Translations under genes and position numbers: made by a program
Assembly: GCA_963788655.1 (NCBI GenBank)
Contig: CAWBHS010000100.1
Location: 1 to 64,000 of the forward strand
Source: an uncultured Verrucomicrobiae bacterium
Lineage (GTDB): Bacteria; Verrucomicrobiota; Verrucomicrobiia; Limisphaerales; JAFGQR01
Reading direction: 5' to 3'
Length of the DNA stretch: 64,000 nt
Part shown: in pieces, positions 7,604-18,306 of the stretch
Layout of the letters: every line of letters starts with the position of its first letter
Position numbering within the stretch: the first letter of the stretch is position 1
Notes under the pieces: model-generated
What the model saw: the letters and a program-made list of their open reading frames with translations, nothing else
Told to the model about the DNA's origin: nothing
The model's database searches: none

Positions 7604-9109
7604 TCATCTCAACTGGTAGCTCACAAACGCGATCTGCCGGCTGTCCGGTGACCACGACGGGACGTTGATTGTCCCTTGTCCACCGAACAATTTGGCGAGC
7701 ACCGCCGGAGAGCCGCCATTTGCCGGCATGATCCGCAAAGTGACATCCTGGTTTGCCGGGTGACCTTGGACATCATTTTCGTATGACAGGAACACAATCC
7801 ACCGGCCATCTGGGGAAGGGTGGGGGAACCAGTTGTTATAAGCGTCAGCGGTAACTTGAACCTGATCGGAGCCATCGGGTCGCATGCGCCAGATCTGCAT
7901 GGTTCCGCTGCGTTCGGAGTTGAAATAGATGGTTCGACCGTCCGGCGAATACTCGGGGCCATCATCCAAACCGGATGCAATGGTGAGGCGGGTTTCTGCG
8001 CTGCCGGTTGCGGGTATGGTGTAAACATCAAACTCTCCGTTGCGCTCCGCACAGTAGCTCAGGGTCCGGCCATCCGGTGACCACCCATGCCAATAGGACG
8101 GTCCGCGCTGGGTGATTTGCCGCGGGACGCCGCCGGTGACGGGCAACGTGTAAATCAAGGAGTGCCTGGCTTGGGACTGATCGCTGATCACCAATTGCGT
8201 GCCGTCCGGCGAGAGACCGTGGTCGTTGTTGCAGCGATTGGCAAAACCCGTATCAATCACTTGGGGCTCTCCACCCTTGACTGGCATCCGATAGATGCGG
8301 CCGTTGCTGTTGAACAACAAGTGCGTGCCAGCGGGCGCCCAATTCGGAGCTTCGAGGTGGTTGGTGGTGCAGTACACGGCCCGTCGGTCCTTGGAACCAA
8401 TGTTCACGGTTTCCAGCGTGCTGAACAGAGTCGGAGCGGCTCGGGCGGGTAGGTTGGTCGCCAACTGCACGTTGGAAAAAACCGCCGTTTCCGTGGTGTG
8501 ATTATCGTGCGCGCAGACACCCAAGCCGACATAGAAAGGATCCTTCAGAATCAGTCGGAACGAACCGCTTGCTGGCTGCCAGGTTTGGCCGTCCAGTGAC
8601 AGCGACAGCGACACATAACGGCCCCGCTTTTCGAGGCGCAGCCAATCCGGGGCCGACACGTTGGCCTGGATCTCGTAAGTGCGGGCTCCAGGTACTTCCC
8701 GGTATTGCAATGAGGTCAGCCCGTCGCCGTGCAATGCGGCATCCGCGTAGGCCGAACCGGCGTGCAGATCCTGGCGCACCAGCAGGCAAGCCTTGCGATG
8801 GGCATTGCCGCCCGAACCGACGAACGCGATTTTCGCCGACAAGTTCACGTCACCCGTCACCTGCGTCCAGACGAAGTGAAACGCATCGTTGGTAAACCAC
8901 ATGTTCTCGCCGCCGCCGGTGACCGTGTAGGCGCGTTGGTTGCTGTCAAAGGTGGCCGAGCCGCGGTGTTCACAGTTGCCCACGTCCTGCTGCGCGATGA
9001 AAAGACCGAGCTGGGAAGCGATATTGGCGTTGCGACTGTCAGCGGCCAGGAGGGGGCCGAAACCAAGGACAGACAAACAGCCTACAACAAACAGGGTTAC
9101 AGAGTTCAT
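7604..9109 (-). CDS. Secreted TolB-like (PD40) beta-propeller protein with an N-terminal lectin/DUF1349-like domain
   Basis: Signal peptide; repeated WSPDG/YSPDG blades; [10 protein letters not shown]. Confidence 0.88.
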   Translation of the reverse strand: MNSVTLFVVGCLSVLGFGPLLAADSRNANIASQLGLFIAQQDVGNCEHRGSATFDSNQRAYTVTGGGENMWFTNDAFHFVWTQVTGDVNLSAKIAFVGSGGNAHRKACLLVRQDLHAGSAYADAALHGDGLTSLQYREVPGARTYEIQANVSAPDWLRLEKRGRYVSLSLSLDGQTWQPASGSFRLILKDPFYVGLGVCAHDNHTTETAVFSNVQLATNLPARAAPTLFSTLETVNIGSKDRRAVYCTTNHLEAPNWAPAGTHLLFNSNGRIYRMPVKGGEPQVIDTGFANRCNNDHGLSPDGTQLVISDQSQARHSLIYTLPVTGGVPRQITQRGPSYWHGWSPDGRTLSYCAERNGEFDVYTIPATGSAETRLTIASGLDDGPEYSPDGRTIYFNSERSGTMQIWRMRPDGSDQVQVTADAYNNWFPHPSPDGRWIVFLSYENDVQGHPANQDVTLRIMPANGGSPAVLAKLFGGQGTINVPSWSPDSRQIAFVSYQLR

Positions 9110-9257
9110 GGCCTGTTTTTACAGGATACCCCAGGCATCCTTCAATCCTTGTTCGCGCAGATCGGATTCGATTACCTCCAACTCTTACTGCCCGCCCCAT
9201 TCCGCGTTCGCTGCCTACGCTTCCGCCCCTCCGCGCTCTTGCTCTGCCCGCCCCCGC

Positions 9258-9525
9258 TCACTGCGGCACCACACGGTAGAAACGCGGGGATTGGCCCGGC
9301 ATGAACGGTTCGCGGTTTGTGATGACGGTCATCGCCGGTTGGGCCGACACATTGGTGAGAGCGAGCCACGAGTTGGGGTTCAGATCGTCTGAAAATTGCA
9401 CGGTGTAGGGGACATTCCGCCAGCGCGATAAACGTGAGCAGGGCCTACACCATTCACGGTTTTGGCAATGGCGGCCACCGCGGGCGGCCGCATGAAACGG
9501 GCGTGAATGGTTTGGTTGGTATCCA
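9258..9525 (-). pseudogene. C-terminal fragment of a secreted protein (YTVQFSDDL...W...RFYRVV tail)
   Basis: This tail type recurs in Verrucomicrobia surface proteins. The fragment is frameshifted and has no N-terminus. Confidence 0.5.
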
Positions 9526-9561
9526 TCCCAATCACGGCCGGATGCCACCCCCACGTTCTGG

Positions 9562-10053
9562 CTACATTCTCGGACGCAATTTCTGCAGCAATTCTTTGCG
9601 CGAAGCCACGCGCAACCGGGCGTTTTCGTAACGGCGAATTTCGTCCGGGGTTTCCGGAGTAATGGACGGGATGGCGGTGGGATGCTCGTTGGCGTCCAAG
9701 GCCACAAACGTTAGATAGGCCGTCGTGGTCCGGGTCTGCACCTGAGTGAACGGATTTTCTTTCATGACCTGCACCCCAACTTCCATCGAGGTCCGCCCGA
9801 CGTAATTGGCCGACGCGCGCAGCACCACATGATCGCCAATGTGGCACGGCGCGAGGAAAGACAACCGGTCCACGCTCACGGTCACCACTTTGAGCCCGCA
9901 ATGGCGCTGGGCCACCATGGCCGCCACCATGTCGATCCACGACATGATGGTACCGCCAAAGGCGATGCCCAGATCATTGGCGTGCTGGGGCATCATCAGG
10001 TAGCGTGCCTCCACGGCGCTGTCACGAGGAGTTTTGCCGCGCGGTTCGGTCAT
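9562..10053 (-). CDS. Acyl-CoA thioesterase (hotdog fold)
   Basis: MPQHANDLGIAFGGTIMSWID; VGRTSMEVGV; TFVALD. Confidence 0.93.
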   Translation of the reverse strand: MTEPRGKTPRDSAVEARYLMMPQHANDLGIAFGGTIMSWIDMVAAMVAQRHCGLKVVTVSVDRLSFLAPCHIGDHVVLRASANYVGRTSMEVGVQVMKENPFTQVQTRTTTAYLTFVALDANEHPTAIPSITPETPDEIRRYENARLRVASRKELLQKLRPRM

Positions 10054-10529
10054 GGCGTGACGGCCAACCGCTCTTCGTTGCGCTCCGGTTTCATCAAGAC
10101 GCCCTGTTCCTTGTAGGGCTTGAGCATGAAATGCGTGGCGGTGGAGAGCACCCCCTGCACCGTGGCCAGTTTTTCGGAGACGAACATGGCGACGTTTTTC
10201 AGTGACTCACCTTCTACGATAACCATCAAATCATAGGTGCCGGACATCAGATAACACGAGCGGACCTCATCATATTTGGCCACCCGCTCGGCCATTCGGT
10301 TGAAACCCCCGCCGCGCTCGGGCGTGATCTTCACTTCAATCACCGCGCGCACCCGGTCCACCCCGAGCTTTTCCTCGTTCAGAATAGTGCGGTAACCGAG
10401 AATAACTTCGTCCTTTTCGTAGGCCTTGATTTTGGCGGTCACCTCCGCCTCGGGCCGGTTCAACAGGGCCGCCAGATCGGCGGGTTTGATGGCGGCGTTT
10501 TCGTGCAACAGTTTCAACAATGCATCCAT
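10050..10529 (-). CDS. Lrp/AsnC family transcriptional regulator
   Basis: N-terminal HTH; CYLMSGTYDL; STATHFMLKPYK. Confidence 0.92.
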   Translation of the reverse strand: MDALLKLLHENAAIKPADLAALLNRPEAEVTAKIKAYEKDEVILGYRTILNEEKLGVDRVRAVIEVKITPERGGGFNRMAERVAKYDEVRSCYLMSGTYDLMVIVEGESLKNVAMFVSEKLATVQGVLSTATHFMLKPYKEQGVLMKPERNEERLAVTP

Positions 10530-10739
10530 GGGGCGATTTGTAACCCGCGACCGACGGCAAAGCAAACTTTAGTAGGACAGCCGTCTCAGCGGTCCCGAAT
10601 GACATGAATCCGTTCACTGGCCATTGACTGTCGTGATTGCGCGGAGGTTGCCTTGCCGGTTTGGAAGAGATGAGACGTTTGACTTACGATGCGCCGCGAC
10701 CGATTGACGCGGTGCGGCTGCCAGCATACGCTCCCGGCT

Positions 10740-11387
10740 ATGGAATCGCTGGAACAGAAACGTGGCCGGACGCGGAAGATCATTACGAAATTAAAGAAAA
10801 CCTACCCGGACGCCCGATTGGCTCTGAATTATTCCAATCCCCTGGAGCTGCTCATTGCCCTCATCCTGGCCGCGCAAGCCCGCGATGATCTGGTGAACTC
10901 CGTGACCCAAGACGCCTTCAAAAATTACCGCACCGCAGCCGACTGGGCCAAGGAAAAGGCGGCGAAGCTGGAAGAACAATTGCGCCGCATCAATTTCTAT
11001 CGCAACAAGACCCGTTCCATTCAAAAGGCGTGTCAGGCGTTGGTGGAAAATCACGATGGCCGGGTGCCGGACAAATTGGAGGCGTTGCTTGAATTGCCCG
11101 GCGTAGGCCGCAAGACAGCGAACATCATTTTGGGTAACGCGTTCGGCCAATCGGCTGTCGGCGTGGATACCCACGTGGGCCGACTTTCCCAGCGCTTGGG
11201 ATTAACGCGCCACACGAAGCCGGACGACATCGAAGCCGACCTGGTGGAGATTGTTCCCGCAAAGGACGCGGTGACGTTTTGCCATCTGCTGCAATTTCAC
11301 GGACGCCAAATTTGCGTCGCCAAGAAACCGGATTGCCCCCACTGTCCCCTCGACGCGCTCTGCCCGTATCCAGACAAAACAGAATAG
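10740..11387 (+). CDS. nth: Endonuclease III
   Basis: HhH LPGVGRKTAN, VDTHV, 4Fe-4S motif C-x6-C-x2-C-x5-C. Confidence 0.95.
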   Translation: MESLEQKRGRTRKIITKLKKTYPDARLALNYSNPLELLIALILAAQARDDLVNSVTQDAFKNYRTAADWAKEKAAKLEEQLRRINFYRNKTRSIQKACQALVENHDGRVPDKLEALLELPGVGRKTANIILGNAFGQSAVGVDTHVGRLSQRLGLTRHTKPDDIEADLVEIVPAKDAVTFCHLLQFHGRQICVAKKPDCPHCPLDALCPYPDKTE

Positions 11388-11471
11388 CGCCAAGGCTGCA
11401 ATGTGACCTGACCAACGTCCGGCATAGTCCCCGCACCTGGGACACATCCCACCTCAATCATGGGCTAACGC

Positions 11472-14400
11472 TCACGGCTTCACCGGCACTTGGCCGACGC
11501 CATAAAGCCCGAGCGGCACCCATAAACCACGCATCAAGTCGCCATCCGCGCGGCTGAGGTCAAACCAAGTACAACCGCCGGGTTGACCGCTACCCACTCG
11601 CGGCAACGCCGTCGCGTTGCCAATGGCAAACAACTCCACGGTGCTGTCGTTTTCCTGCACAGCCAGCAGCCCACTAAACTCCCGCAGCACGTTCGCCGGC
11701 GAACCCAACTGTACGCTGCTGAGACGCTCAAAGTTGCCCGTTGCTGACAGGGTCCAATTTTCCAACGAATTCGCCGCCGCGTCGGCACTGTTGACGGTGG
11801 AAGTAGGGCGCCCAACGAAAATGTTGGGACCGACCACGAGCACTGGATGCGGCCAGAGATTGGAGAGGACCAATGAATCTACCAAGTGCGCCGAAACGCC
11901 ATCGTATGCCAGCGCATCGAGGTATTCGGTTCCATCGTAGGCCGTGCTGTTGTTCCAATGAGGTCCGGTGGTGTAAAGCAAATCGCCTTCGTGGCCGATC
12001 CCGGTCAGGGTGTTGGGAAGGCTGACGGGCCGGCGCACCCGTGGGTCAGTCGGATTCTCATAATCGACCACGTCCAAATACGAACGTTGCACCCAGTAAC
12101 GAATGGGATAAACCACCCCGCCGGACGGCGCCACCGTCCCATCGCTCACCGTAGTATTCCCCTCCGGATCCGATACGGGCTGAAGCTTGGCATCCAGGCA
12201 TTCCGAAGTCTGATGGCTCAGATAGACCTTGCCATCGGCCGCAAAGGCCTTGCTGAAACTCCACCAGTTGTTGGTCGTAAGATTGACTTCGGAGGCGAAT
12301 TGCGGCGCGGTTGGATCGCTGACGTCGAACGTAATTAACTGCCCACCGGTGCCGCCCCAGTAAGGCCAGGGCATAATCAACCGCGCGTCCGCCACCATGC
12401 CACCGCCGGCTACGGGGACTCCGGTCAGGGGCATGACCGGCATCGGATAATACCAACGATAATAACCATAGCCGCCGCCTGCCCACACCAAGACATCGGG
12501 CTTGGGCCAAACCGCTTGCCAGTCGCTGCCCCAACCCAAGTTCGGATCATAGCGCGCCGTTTGCCCGGCAACCCTCAGCGCGGGCAAATTGTCCAGGTTG
12601 ACCACTGTCAGTACAAAATTAGGCGGGTTGTCTGGCGAATCGTCGGTTGTCGCACCATTGGCGGTGCCCACCAACGGCAGAGGATAAATATAACCGCCCT
12701 GACCCTGCGCCACGTAAAGCTGTTCGCCCTTCAACGTCGCGCCAAGGATCGGCAGGTTGGTTAAAGTAAGCTCGCCGAGCATTGTGTCCGGATCAGCCGC
12801 CAGGGCTACGCGCAATGCCGGGCCGTTGAAATTGTCCCAACTCGCTCCATTTTGCACCTCGATTAGGAAATCGCCGCTCAAGAAGACGCGATCAATGGTC
12901 CACGCCAATTCCAGGCGGTTCACCACCTCCGGCTGGTCGCGATCCGTGGCGTCCACGGTCGCCAGTTCCCAGCCGGAAATTGACAGGATACGGTCGCGGT
13001 ACACTGTGGAGCGGCGGAAGCCAAATGCCCCGGTGATTTGCCCACGAGCCACGAGTGTGTCCCGGTTAAGATCAATCAACTGCACTGCGGAAACATAGGC
13101 GTTGGTAACGTCGCCGTTGAACGGCACCAGAATCAGGTTCGCGTCCGGCAACACCGTAAAGGCTTTTTCGTCGTAATTGGCTTCGCTCCAGGAATGGGTT
13201 TCCCCCAGCAACACGCGACTGGCCAGAGTGGGCGCCGCCGGATCGCTTACATCGAACAGCGACACCGCCACGCGGTTGGTCTCCACGCCCACAGTGACCA
13301 GGCGGTCGCCCAACGGCTCGATGTAGGTGGACCAGCCGGGAATTTCGACACTGCCAACAATTTCCGGTCGAGCCGGATTCGCCAGTGAGACGACCCACAA
13401 CGGATCAATTTGAAAGAAGGTCACCACATAGACCCGATCACCGTCGAAGCGTGTGGCGCGCAAGCGTTCGCCGCGGCCCAGTTCGAGTTCACCGAGTTTA
13501 CCAATTCCCAGCGGACCCAGGGACCGGGGATCGGGCACCCGGAAGGTTTCGAGCTTGGTCACCAATCGCTGGCCGCCGTCCCAATGCCAGTCTTCAGAAA
13601 TGGCGGTCAACACGCCGGCACGGTAATTGAGTTTGAATTTGTCCTGCACCCGGCCCGCGGTGGTCACGGAGCCGTACCGGTTCATGGTTCCGTCCGGGGA
13701 GGTGATGTCAATGATGCCAACCGTTGACTGCCAATAATTGTTTACGTTTTGCGTGGCGATGAAGAAACAAATGTCCGTGGACGCCACTACATTGCCATAG
13801 CCGGCGTACCAAAGGGTGTTGCGCGCCACAGGCGCACTGGGATCCGACAAATCAAAGGCCGCCACCTGGGTGCCCCATTCCCAAGTGGTGCCGCTGCTGT
13901 TGGCAACGGAACGATAGAGTTGCGACGCCACGTAAAGAGCGGTACCCACCATGCGGCTTTCTTGTATCGTGCCCGTGACCGGCAGGCTGGCGACCACTTG
14001 CGGGCCCGCGGGCAAATCAGCCACGACCAGAACCTGGCTCTGCGCATAATTGCAGCCGTCACGGGCCAACAGCACCACATGATCGGTGCCGAGCAGATAC
14101 ATCTGTTCGCCCGCCGCCGGCAACGCCAGGGTGCCTCGCACGACCGGGTTGTCCGGATTGCTCAGGTCGATGATTTGCAGGCCGCGGTATTGGTTGAAGA
14201 AATAGAGCGTCTGGCCGCGGATTTTCCAGATGTCGGATTCCACGACTTCGCGCGAATCGCCTTCCGAAGCCGTGGGGGTGGCGGTGAGGTCGGTCCGATT
14301 GTCCAGGGAGGAGTAGGTTACAAACGATCCCGGGGTGGCGGCCGTGCCGTCGGTGGCGGCGACCACTTCGCCCAGGAACGAGTTGGTGCCGGCATAAAAC

Positions 14401-14732
14401 GCGGTTGGCAACGGTTCGGTGGCGTCGCCCCGCACGCGCAGCAAGGCCAGCTTTTGCGTGCGGGCCAGGCGGAACGTAATGGTCCCGCCGGAACCATCCA
14501 ATCGGGCGACGGCGCGGGGTTCCCAACTCTGGCGACCGGCGCGTTCGCGGCCTTCCAGGGTCACGCGGCGCACCCCGGAAGGCACCTGAACTTGCACCAC
14601 AATATCGCTCCCGTCCGGCTGAATGGACTGGATGACAGGCCGTTGCAATTGGGCAACGGCCGGTGATGGAGGGGAGAACAAAAGCGTGGCTACCAACGCG
14701 GGAATAGTGGCGAATAGATGTGTCGTTTTCAT
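11472..14732 (-). CDS. Large secreted beta-propeller domain protein
   Basis: Signal peptide; ESDIWK, GERLRATRFDGDRVYVVTFFQIDPLWVVSLANP, EIPGWSTYIEP (Beta_propel-type motifs). Confidence 0.85.
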   Translation of the reverse strand: MKTTHLFATIPALVATLLFSPPSPAVAQLQRPVIQSIQPDGSDIVVQVQVPSGVRRVTLEGRERAGRQSWEPRAVARLDGSGGTITFRLARTQKLALLRVRGDATEPLPTAFYAGTNSFLGEVVAATDGTAATPGSFVTYSSLDNRTDLTATPTASEGDSREVVESDIWKIRGQTLYFFNQYRGLQIIDLSNPDNPVVRGTLALPAAGEQMYLLGTDHVVLLARDGCNYAQSQVLVVADLPAGPQVVASLPVTGTIQESRMVGTALYVASQLYRSVANSSGTTWEWGTQVAAFDLSDPSAPVARNTLWYAGYGNVVASTDICFFIATQNVNNYWQSTVGIIDITSPDGTMNRYGSVTTAGRVQDKFKLNYRAGVLTAISEDWHWDGGQRLVTKLETFRVPDPRSLGPLGIGKLGELELGRGERLRATRFDGDRVYVVTFFQIDPLWVVSLANPARPEIVGSVEIPGWSTYIEPLGDRLVTVGVETNRVAVSLFDVSDPAAPTLASRVLLGETHSWSEANYDEKAFTVLPDANLILVPFNGDVTNAYVSAVQLIDLNRDTLVARGQITGAFGFRRSTVYRDRILSISGWELATVDATDRDQPEVVNRLELAWTIDRVFLSGDFLIEVQNGASWDNFNGPALRVALAADPDTMLGELTLTNLPILGATLKGEQLYVAQGQGGYIYPLPLVGTANGATTDDSPDNPPNFVLTVVNLDNLPALRVAGQTARYDPNLGWGSDWQAVWPKPDVLVWAGGGYGYYRWYYPMPVMPLTGVPVAGGGMVADARLIMPWPYWGGTGGQLITFDVSDPTAPQFASEVNLTTNNWWSFSKAFAADGKVYLSHQTSECLDAKLQPVSDPEGNTTVSDGTVAPSGGVVYPIRYWVQRSYLDVVDYENPTDPRVRRPVSLPNTLTGIGHEGDLLYTTGPHWNNSTAYDGTEYLDALAYDGVSAHLVDSLVLSNLWPHPVLVVGPNIFVGRPTSTVNSADAAANSLENWTLSATGNFERLSSVQLGSPANVLREFSGLLAVQENDSTVELFAIGNATALPRVGSGQPGGCTWFDLSRADGDLMRGLWVPLGLYGVGQVPVKP

Positions 14733-15090
14733 AACCAAAAACCTTTCATTTTTGGATTTGAATACTGCCGAATGTTCACGGGAATTAACGCCTGATCCCC
14801 CGGCAGGTCAAGCGTCGAAAATGCGTGCGGGCTTGGGGCCGTGCATCCCAATTCAAAGTCCTCAGGCAGTTGCACCCGTGCGGTGGCTTCGCACCATTCG
14901 ATGAAGTCGGGGACAAGGGCGGCGACGAGAGATTCGGCGGTGCAGCGGGATTGGGTGAGTTGGGCTTCCAATTGGTCCACCAAGGCCATCAGTTGATCCA
15001 CTTTGGTCATCTGTCTGAGCGGCGAGCTTGGCTTTGCTCACGTCGAGCGGCAAGGATTCTCGGTTCCTTTTCATACGCTTTTAAAGTTCT

Positions 15091-15801
15091 TCAACTGATC
15101 AGCAGCAACCGCGGCGGTTGGCCGGGAAGGGCTTCGGGGGCGCGATGGATGCAGGGGGGCACGGGGCTGCCGGGATAGGCCACGGCGATGCGCCAGAGGT
15201 TGCCCAGGCCGAAGGAAAAAGGCCGCGCCTGCGGAACCGGGGCATAGTGGAGGTCGTAGCAGTGTTCATTCAGATATTCGCGGAAATCGTCGTCGTCATT
15301 TCCTCCGAAGCACTGGAGGAGTTCGGCGCGGGTTTCGGGGATGTCCACGCGCCGGCGCGCCTCGTCGATGCGCAAGCCCTCGCTCGCCGGTCCGTGGTAG
15401 GTGCAAAGCCAGGTGTCGGTTTCCACCGTGGCGCTGTCCACGTGGAAGGAGTAAACATCGGTGGGAACGGGCCCGGGATTCTCCTCGCGGAGGTAACCGT
15501 TGACGCAGTCGAGGACGGGGTCCAAGTCGAGTTCCTGGAGCCGCCTCAGGTCTTCGAGGAGAACGTCGATGGCGACCCGGCCTGCTGCGCTTAGGGGCAG
15601 GCTACGGAGTTGGTTTTCTTCGAGAGTAGTGATCCCTGGGCCGACGCCAAGCTGTTCCACGACCTCGCCAAAATCCCCAGGCAACGTGCGCGGCCAGCAG
15701 AGCGCGTTGATGTTGCGGCCGAAAGGGGTGGTGACCAGTTCCTGGAAACTGCTCACCACCTTGATGCGATGGTAGCCGAGGGGCAGGATGAAAGCAGTCA
15801 T
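15091..15801 (-). CDS. DUF1826-like protein (2OG-Fe(II) oxygenase-like fold)
   Basis: SFHVDS, LCTYHGPASE, CIHRAP, PRLLLIS. Confidence 0.75.
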   Translation of the reverse strand: MTAFILPLGYHRIKVVSSFQELVTTPFGRNINALCWPRTLPGDFGEVVEQLGVGPGITTLEENQLRSLPLSAAGRVAIDVLLEDLRRLQELDLDPVLDCVNGYLREENPGPVPTDVYSFHVDSATVETDTWLCTYHGPASEGLRIDEARRRVDIPETRAELLQCFGGNDDDDFREYLNEHCYDLHYAPVPQARPFSFGLGNLWRIAVAYPGSPVPPCIHRAPEALPGQPPRLLLIS

Positions 15802-15881
15802 GAGTGAAGCAAAATCAATTGGTCCATTTTGGCCACCATCCGGTGTGGTTCGGCGAGGGGGCGGACAGGCATGAAGAACGG

Positions 15882-16232
15882 TCAGCCAAAGAAGCAATGG
15901 TTAGCGTCCTTGTCGATTATGCGGAGGGCTTCGGATAGTGATTCTACCTCCAAGCAAGGTTGATAGCCATGCCACTTGCCGTCGGCCCGTTTCCAGGAGA
16001 GGCGCCAGACCTGGCGGGTGCGGACGTATTGGATCTTGGCGATGGATTCCTCGATCTGTTCATCGGGACGGCGAAAGGCGGGGCGCATGAAGAAAAGCTC
16101 AATGGCGTGTCCGGTGAAGCGCTGGCCCTCAAGCACCTTGTCACGGAGGTGCAAGGGAGGTCGGCGACGGGACCAGAAGAGTTTCTCGATCAGCGTGGTG
16201 TGCTCGGCGATTTCAGTGTGGGTAAAGGCCAT
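15882..16232 (-). CDS. DUF3024 family protein
   Basis: RRPPLHLRD, IAKIQY, WRLSWKRADGKWHGY, CFFG. Confidence 0.85.
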   Translation of the reverse strand: MAFTHTEIAEHTTLIEKLFWSRRRPPLHLRDKVLEGQRFTGHAIELFFMRPAFRRPDEQIEESIAKIQYVRTRQVWRLSWKRADGKWHGYQPCLEVESLSEALRIIDKDANHCFFG

Positions 16233-16277
16233 AGTAGGGGATGCAGTTGTTCAAGCAGCGGTGAGTTCAGCGAGGGC

Positions 16278-17680
16278 TAGGGCCAAGGGCCCGGCAATAT
16301 TTCAGCCCGGGGCAACGACCTGGGGATCGTTGCTTTGCGGCCGGCTGAATTCAACGGAGGGGTGAATGTCTTGACGGGTGTTGTCATGGGACGGGCCTTC
16401 AGCCCTTGGGTGGCTTGGAATCCGGTTTCCCAGGGCGTTGCCCTGGGCTGGGATGGGGCGCGCCGTTGGCGCTGGAGGCAGTGAGTTTGGTGACGAGGGC
16501 GTCAGGGAGGGATTCGGCGGTGGAACGGGATCGGGTGAATTGGGCTTCCAATTGGTCCACCAAGGCCATCTGTTGCTCCACTTTGGCCACAATCCGGTGT
16601 GGTTCGGCGAGGGGTGGGATGGGAATGAGGGGCAACGCCCCGACTTCATACCAGACTGGGGCAACGCCCCAGGCATGTTTGAAAGCCCGCTCCATCTTTC
16701 AATCCCAAACATAAGCCTCCTCGTATTCCACCCCGTATTTTTTCAGGAACCTCCGAAATTCATCCTGAAACGTTCGCGTCGTGTGGTGCTCTTCCTGACT
16801 GTCAATGTAGGTCTTTAACGCATCCAAATCCGATGGACCAACGGAGAAACATCCGTAGCCACGTTGCCACGAGAACGCCGCGAGGTTGGGCGATTGCGTC
16901 TTCAACCATTTCGATGATGCCGTTTTCAACGTCTCCACCAATTTCGCGATGGTGATGGTGCGCGACAGTCGAATGGCGAGGTGAACATGGTCCGCTACGC
17001 CGCCGACACGGAACGCCTCGCAACCCGCGTTCCGCGCGACGGTGGCAAGATACGCGTGGACTTTAGGGCGCGTGTCGGGATCGAGGAAGGGATGTCGCTC
17101 CTTCGTGCTGAAGATGACGTGGACGATGACGAGGCTCAATGATTGTGGCATGACGATGGTGGTTCAGGGCCAAAGGCCCGATTGATTCCAGCCTGGGGCA
17201 ACGCCCCAGGATTCCGACAAACACAATATCCCAAAGCGCCAACGGCGCGATCCATTCGTGCTTTGCCCTGGGGCGTTGCCCCAGGCTGGGATGGAGACGC
17301 GCCGTTGGCGCTGGTGGACGTGAGTTCGGCCACGAGGGCGGAGAGGAGGTTCGCGGCGGTGGCGCGGGCGGTGGCGAGCTGGATTTCCAACGCGTCCACC
17401 AAGGCCATCAGTTGCTCCACTTTGGCCACGATCCGGCGTTGTTCGGCCAATGGAAAGGGCCAACGGCCCGGCAATATGTCAGCCTGGGGCAACGCCCCAG
17501 GAATTGAGGATCCAACAACCACCGAGCCTGAAGGGGTGGACCACCGGCGGCGGAATTCCACACGTGGGATGGTTGATTGATCGTTGGCATAATGGACCGG
17601 GCTTTCAGCCCTTTTTGTGTTTTCGGCCTTTGCCCTGGGGCGTTGCCCCAGGCTGGGATGGAGACGCGCCGTTGGCGCTG
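16278..17680. repeat. REP/REPIN cluster (AGCCTGGGGCAACGCCCCAGG family)
   Basis: At least 7 copies in alternating orientation near 16303, 16430, 16652, 17189, 17267, 17481 and 17634, flanking the tnpA gene. Confidence 0.88.
16699..17151 (-). CDS. tnpA: IS200/IS605-family Y1 HUH transposase (REP-associated, RAYT-like)
   Basis: HVIFSTK, DHVH (HUH), FSWQRGYG.FSV, YIDSQ (catalytic Tyr). Confidence 0.93.
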   Translation of the reverse strand: MPQSLSLVIVHVIFSTKERHPFLDPDTRPKVHAYLATVARNAGCEAFRVGGVADHVHLAIRLSRTITIAKLVETLKTASSKWLKTQSPNLAAFSWQRGYGCFSVGPSDLDALKTYIDSQEEHHTTRTFQDEFRRFLKKYGVEYEEAYVWD

Positions 17681-17994
17681 GCGAATGTGAGTTCGGCGAC
17701 GAGGCCGGCGGCGAGCTGCGTTTCCAACGCGTCCACTAAGGCCATCAGTTGCTCCACTTTGGCCACGATCCGGCGTTGTTCGGCGAGGGGGGAAAGAACG
17801 CAATCGGCCTTTTTGGATTCGCCGCGTTTCACGGTTTTGCCGCGGACGATCACCCGGCCCTTGGTGAAGTGGCGTTCTTCCAGGACCTGGGTCATGACAT
17901 CCCATTTGGAGCCGCCCGGACCAACGATGGCTGGCGTGATGAATTTGGTCCGGATATCGGCTTCGGTAAGTAATTTTTTGTTTAAGGGTGGCAT
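17605..17994 (-). pseudogene. hsdR: hsdR N-terminus fused by deletion to hsdS C-terminus
   Basis: TEADIRTKFITPAI...FTKGRVIVRGKTVKRGESKKAD (EcoAI-type HsdR start) is joined at ~17790 to PLAEQRRIVAKVEQLM. Confidence 0.85.
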
Positions 17995-18306
17995 TTCTAA
18001 TTACGAGCCGAACAATCGATTGGCGCCCCTGGCAGCAGCGAGCACAGCACGGACCCGCAGCGGATTGAGTAGTTTGTATCCGCCAAATTCGAGCGCCTTG
18101 TCAGGCAGGTCGCGAGAAACCGCTTCGCCTTGGGAACCGGGCATGGCGGGATTAAAGCCGGGACGAGGGATTTTCGCAATGGGAAAGTGGGAAGCTCACA
18201 TAATTCTGAATACGGATGGTTACCAAGAATGAGCACTTCCAGACGCTCCAGCCGGGCGCCATTTCTCGCGCTTGCCAAGCGGCGGACAAATTGTTAAATC
18301 ACGGGC

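Larger units (their letters stand above)
14905..17795 (-). repeat. Array of type I R-M hsdS 3'-tail copies (PPLAEQRRIVAKVEQLMALVD.LE.QL)
   Basis: Copies at ~14905-15010, 15815-15870 (internally deleted), 16250-16280 (last codons only), 16480-16630, 17320-17455 and 17690-17795, all in the same orientation. Confidence 0.85.

Noticed and set aside
16278..17680. CRISPR array
   Set aside because: The palindromic repeats alternate in orientation with irregular spacing, and there are no cas genes. They fit REPs.
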